Below, piece by piece: positions 60,794 to 64,000 of a DNA stretch of 64,000 nt. The number at the start of each line of letters is the position of its first letter. The stretch's first letter is position 1. The notes under the pieces are model-generated. The model was not told the origin of the DNA. It did not search any database and saw only the letters and a program-made list of their open reading frames with translations. Source of the DNA: Bacteroidota bacterium (GTDB lineage: Bacteria > Bacteroidota > Bacteroidia > Chitinophagales > Chitinophagaceae); assembly GCA_023415275.1 (NCBI GenBank), contig JAEZLJ010000164.1, positions 3,263 to 67,262 on the forward strand, written 5' to 3'. The position numbers and the translations under genes are program-made.

Positions 60794-63700
60794 CTACATT
60801 ACCCTGAATTCAGAAAGCTCCTCTTCCTGGTCCACCTCATGCAGGGATGCATACAGCTTGTGTTCTTTCACAAAATTGCACCAGTGACAATCAGGCTTAC
60901 CACAACCCTTATAAAAATCGTGTGCCTGAATGCGCTCCCAACTCTGTTGCACCTGGTCCATCACTATTTCTTCATGATCTGGCCTGATCACTATTTTCAT
61001 GCGGTCGAACTCATCCTTATCATTGGGTTCTATGAACAGGAACTCAATACCCCTCAATTCTTTGTTCTTTGCTTTCTGATGGTCAAACAGGATCTTATAA
61101 AACACTGCCTGCCTCCAGTAATTACCACCTTCAGGCTTTTTAGGATGGCCTGGCTCTACAAATTCGCATCGCCTGTTGCTTTTTTCCAGGCTGCCTGTTT
61201 TAAAATCGGTGATCATTACCTCATTACCCCAGTATTGCAGCTTGTCTGCAAAACCTTTTAATGGCACATGGTCCACTACAGCTTCCATGGGAACCTCTGT
61301 ACGTACAAACTCTTCGCCTGCACCGGCAAAGAATTGGTCATAGAATGAAGACAAACACCTGGAGCCATAGTCGGTAAAGCGTACCAGGCTTTCCCTGGTA
61401 AATACTTCCCGGTTGGCCTGTAAATGCCATTGAAAACGGTTGATCAATACTTCCTTTGCAGGGTACTGGCGACCAGCCTCCATCATTTTGATATAAAAGA
61501 AATTCAGGGCATCGTGCATGCTGCTACCGAATTGTGCACTTTCACTGATGGCAGAAGGTATTCTAATGAGATTGTTATAATAGAACTTGATCGGGCACTC
61601 GAGGTAGTTATTGAGTGCCGTCACATTCATTTTAAAATTTGACAACAGGTTATCTATAAAATCCTTTTCAGCCTTCTCCAATTCCGGCTGTTGTATCAAT
61701 CCATATCGAAGGGTTGAGTACAGTAACCTGGTATCCTCGGACAGGGTCACGGGTTGAACTTTCAGGTCAAGCGCATTCATTTCGGCAATGAAGCGAGAGG
61801 CTTCCAACGCCTTGCCTTCATTGGAAAAAGAAGGAAAAGAAATATATAAGTGCTTTTCAGCCCTTGTGGCCGCTACAAAAAATAATCTCCTGAGTTCCTC
61901 TTCCTTTTCTTCAGGTGACTCGCTGGTAAACACATTAGGTGGCAGCTTATAGCCCTGGCTCACCTTCCTTTTTCCTTCCCACACACTGGAATAGCATCCG
62001 ATAAAGAATACATATTCATATTCCAGGCCTTTGCTTCCATGGCAGGTAAGCAGGTTGACACCCTTTTCATTTCCGCTGGTCTGCACCAGGGGTACTGCAA
62101 TGCCATTCTCTTCCAGCAACTTGATCTGCCTGTTCAATCCCTCCATATCCAGGTCAGGATTACGCCGGCATTCATCCTGCAGAAAATCGAAAAACCCATT
62201 CAGTAATTTCATTAGCCAGGCCTTATCCGGCTGCTTCATAATATAGGAAAGAATACCTGCCTCGTTGAATAATAGTTCAAACCATTTCAATAAGGGTAGA
62301 TTCTCCGCTTCTGTAATCAACTTTTCCAATACCTGGTGAATGCGTATGAACTTATCCGTGGTCTCATCATCACTGAACAGCTTTTGCTGGTTGGCCGCGG
62401 CTAATCTTCCCAGGTAGTCTCTCAGTGATACGGGCTCTTTTTTGGTTCTCTTATTATGGTTTATTTCATTGCATATGGTAGCGATCTTCAGTGAAGGCAG
62501 TGAATGAAAATTATGATGCAGTATCTCAAAAAGTAAAGATTCCCCACTGAAAGGTATCTCCTTTTCTTCCAGGATGTATTGAGGATACAAGAGGATCTTT
62601 TTTACAAGGGTCTCCTTCAGGAGGTTCAACGATTTACGGGTGTAATAAGGGATGTTTTGCAACTGCAGGAACTTCTGTAGTTCTTCGCCTGTTTTATGTT
62701 CTTTATAGATCACGGCTATGCGGCCAGGCTCCACGCCATCTGCAATCAATTGCCTGATCTCTTCGGCTATCATGATATTTTCCTCAAATTCATTGTTCAC
62801 ACTCCTGATCACAGGAGCTATCTGGAGGTTCTTGTGCGCTTCATTGGCTGAGGTAAGAATCTTCTCCAGGTCTTTATATTCATTCACCAGGCGCTGCACA
62901 TTGTTTTGAATAAGTGAATGAGCAGCATCCAAAATGGGTTGCACACTCCTGTAGTTTTGTGTGAGCACTACGCGCAGCAGATCCTTTTCATACTTGCGCG
63001 CCAACTGCATCATGTTCTCCATATTGGCACCCTGGAAACGGTATATACTCTGGTCGTCATCGCCCACCACGAAAAGATTAGGGCTTTCTTCCTGCCAGTA
63101 GCTGACCAGCAACTCTACAAGCTTATTCTGCGCACCACTGGTATCCTGGTATTCATCCACCAAAAAAAACTGGTACTGTTCCTGGAAAGAGGCAAGCAAC
63201 TCCGGATCTGATTGAAAAGCATCAATGACCCAGTTGATCATATCGTCAAAATCGTAACGTTGCTTTTCCCTGAGTATCTGCTGGTACTGTGGGAAGGTCT
63301 GCACAGCAGCCCTGAGACGGGACATTTTCTCAATCTCCCGTTTACCATCCACTGTCAGTTCCACAATGCCCTTTTTAAACTTTATCTTATTGTAAAAGGT
63401 CTCGGGAATAATGTGCTCCACATAATCATCTATCTTTTGCAGCAGGAACTCCGGGGTCCAACCTTCCCTTTTCATGCTGCCAAAAAGATCTTTCAGGTAA
63501 TTGGCTTCAAAATAAGCATCAGATTTGAACCGCTTTAGAGGATTATCATTATCAAAAGAATCGATCAATTCCATGAGGCATTGCACCTGCTCCAGTTCAT
63601 TAATCGGCTGCAGATCCTTTTTATGAAACAGGTGCCTGTTCTGCTGGATCACCATATTGCAGAAAGAATGAAAAGAATGGATCTGTACTGTATAGGCATC

Positions 63701-63967
63701 TGGACCGATCAGGGAAAGTAACCGCTTTCGCATGGCCAAAACCCCGGCGTCGGTATAGGTGAGACAAAGTATATTGGAGGGCAACACATCTGTTTCCAGT
63801 AATATTTTCCCGATGCGCACACTTAGGATCTGTGTTTTTCCCGTACCTGGACCAGCAACAACCATCACAGGACCATAGATCTTATCCACTGCCTGTTTCT
63901 GTTGCTCGTTCAGCTTATTATATTCAGCATTGAAGTTTTGGAGGAGCTTATCTTTCAGTAAGGACAT
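60794..63967 (-). CDS. UvrD/AddA-like superfamily-1 helicase fused to a C-terminal PD-(D/E)XK nuclease with a Cys cluster
   Basis: It has the Walker A motif AGPGTGKT, then DEYQDT, the helicase motifs VGDDDQSIYRFQGA and LTCHGSKGLEYEYVF, and a C-terminal ITDFKTG nuclease core. Four cysteines are present: one in LECPIKF and three in CGKPDCHWC. Confidence 0.9.
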   Translation of the reverse strand: MSLLKDKLLQNFNAEYNKLNEQQKQAVDKIYGPVMVVAGPGTGKTQILSVRIGKILLETDVLPSNILCLTYTDAGVLAMRKRLLSLIGPDAYTVQIHSFHSFCNMVIQQNRHLFHKKDLQPINELEQVQCLMELIDSFDNDNPLKRFKSDAYFEANYLKDLFGSMKREGWTPEFLLQKIDDYVEHIIPETFYNKIKFKKGIVELTVDGKREIEKMSRLRAAVQTFPQYQQILREKQRYDFDDMINWVIDAFQSDPELLASFQEQYQFFLVDEYQDTSGAQNKLVELLVSYWQEESPNLFVVGDDDQSIYRFQGANMENMMQLARKYEKDLLRVVLTQNYRSVQPILDAAHSLIQNNVQRLVNEYKDLEKILTSANEAHKNLQIAPVIRSVNNEFEENIMIAEEIRQLIADGVEPGRIAVIYKEHKTGEELQKFLQLQNIPYYTRKSLNLLKETLVKKILLYPQYILEEKEIPFSGESLLFEILHHNFHSLPSLKIATICNEINHNKRTKKEPVSLRDYLGRLAAANQQKLFSDDETTDKFIRIHQVLEKLITEAENLPLLKWFELLFNEAGILSYIMKQPDKAWLMKLLNGFFDFLQDECRRNPDLDMEGLNRQIKLLEENGIAVPLVQTSGNEKGVNLLTCHGSKGLEYEYVFFIGCYSSVWEGKRKVSQGYKLPPNVFTSESPEEKEEELRRLFFVAATRAEKHLYISFPSFSNEGKALEASRFIAEMNALDLKVQPVTLSEDTRLLYSTLRYGLIQQPELEKAEKDFIDNLLSNFKMNVTALNNYLECPIKFYYNNLIRIPSAISESAQFGSSMHDALNFFYIKMMEAGRQYPAKEVLINRFQWHLQANREVFTRESLVRFTDYGSRCLSSFYDQFFAGAGEEFVRTEVPMEAVVDHVPLKGFADKLQYWGNEVMITDFKTGSLEKSNRRCEFVEPGHPKKPEGGNYWRQAVFYKILFDHQKAKNKELRGIEFLFIEPNDKDEFDRMKIVIRPDHEEIVMDQVQQSWERIQAHDFYKGCGKPDCHWCNFVKEHKLYASLHEVDQEEELSEFRVM

Positions 63968-64000
63968 ATTTCAAAGGTAGAGGGGATTTACTATAATTTT

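Overview
This 64 kb window looks like a chromosomal segment of a Bacteroidota genome, probably Chitinophagaceae- or Sphingobacteriia-like. That placement is inferred from gene content: a GldM-type domain, a TonB-dependent receptor with a CarboxypepD_reg domain, an HYC_CC_PP protein, a GxxExxY protein, a split metH and many lipoprotein signals. I can support about 58 protein-coding genes and one tRNA-Arg(CCT). I found no rRNA, CRISPR array, transposase or integrase.

Gene content from left to right:
- An AT-rich islet carrying an EEP-family nuclease/phosphatase and a DUF2975 membrane protein.
- Envelope genes (GT2 glycosyltransferase, acyltransferase_3).
- A putative copper-handling locus: a TonB-dependent receptor with an N-terminal HMA domain, an HYC_CC_PP protein, an amicyanin-like cupredoxin and a BNR propeller.
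- A Na+/H+ antiporter, FMN reductase and NDH-2.
- Two adjacent soluble multi-PAS histidine kinases.
- A GH3 beta-glucosidase.
- A Crp/Fnr-headed sulfide/persulfide detoxification operon: TauE, a persulfide-dioxygenase-like MBL fused to rhodanese, a rhodanese and TlpA.
- An M1-like peptidase.
- A kaiB-kaiC-PAS-histidine-kinase operon.
- An AraC-associated aldo/keto reductase, cupin and flavodoxin cluster.
- Two tandem HAD hydrolases.
- A split methionine synthase.
- recR and an AddA-like helicase-nuclease.

The best candidate for an uncharacterised system is the KaiA-less kaiBC plus PAS kinase module at 40817-43705. Its phospho-site motif is fully conserved and its C-terminal tail is short.

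Other observations worth checking:
- A GxxExxY (PDDEXK_3) ORF flanked by inverted repeats sits exactly between the two halves of metH.
- A Tat-signal aldo/keto reductase is interrupted by a single in-frame TAA.
- A perfect 74-bp tandem duplication feeds into a long hairpin in a divergent intergenic region.
- A CRP/FNR-type palindrome lies in front of the sulfur operon.

All calls come from reading the sequence and the ORF track. No database search or computation was run.
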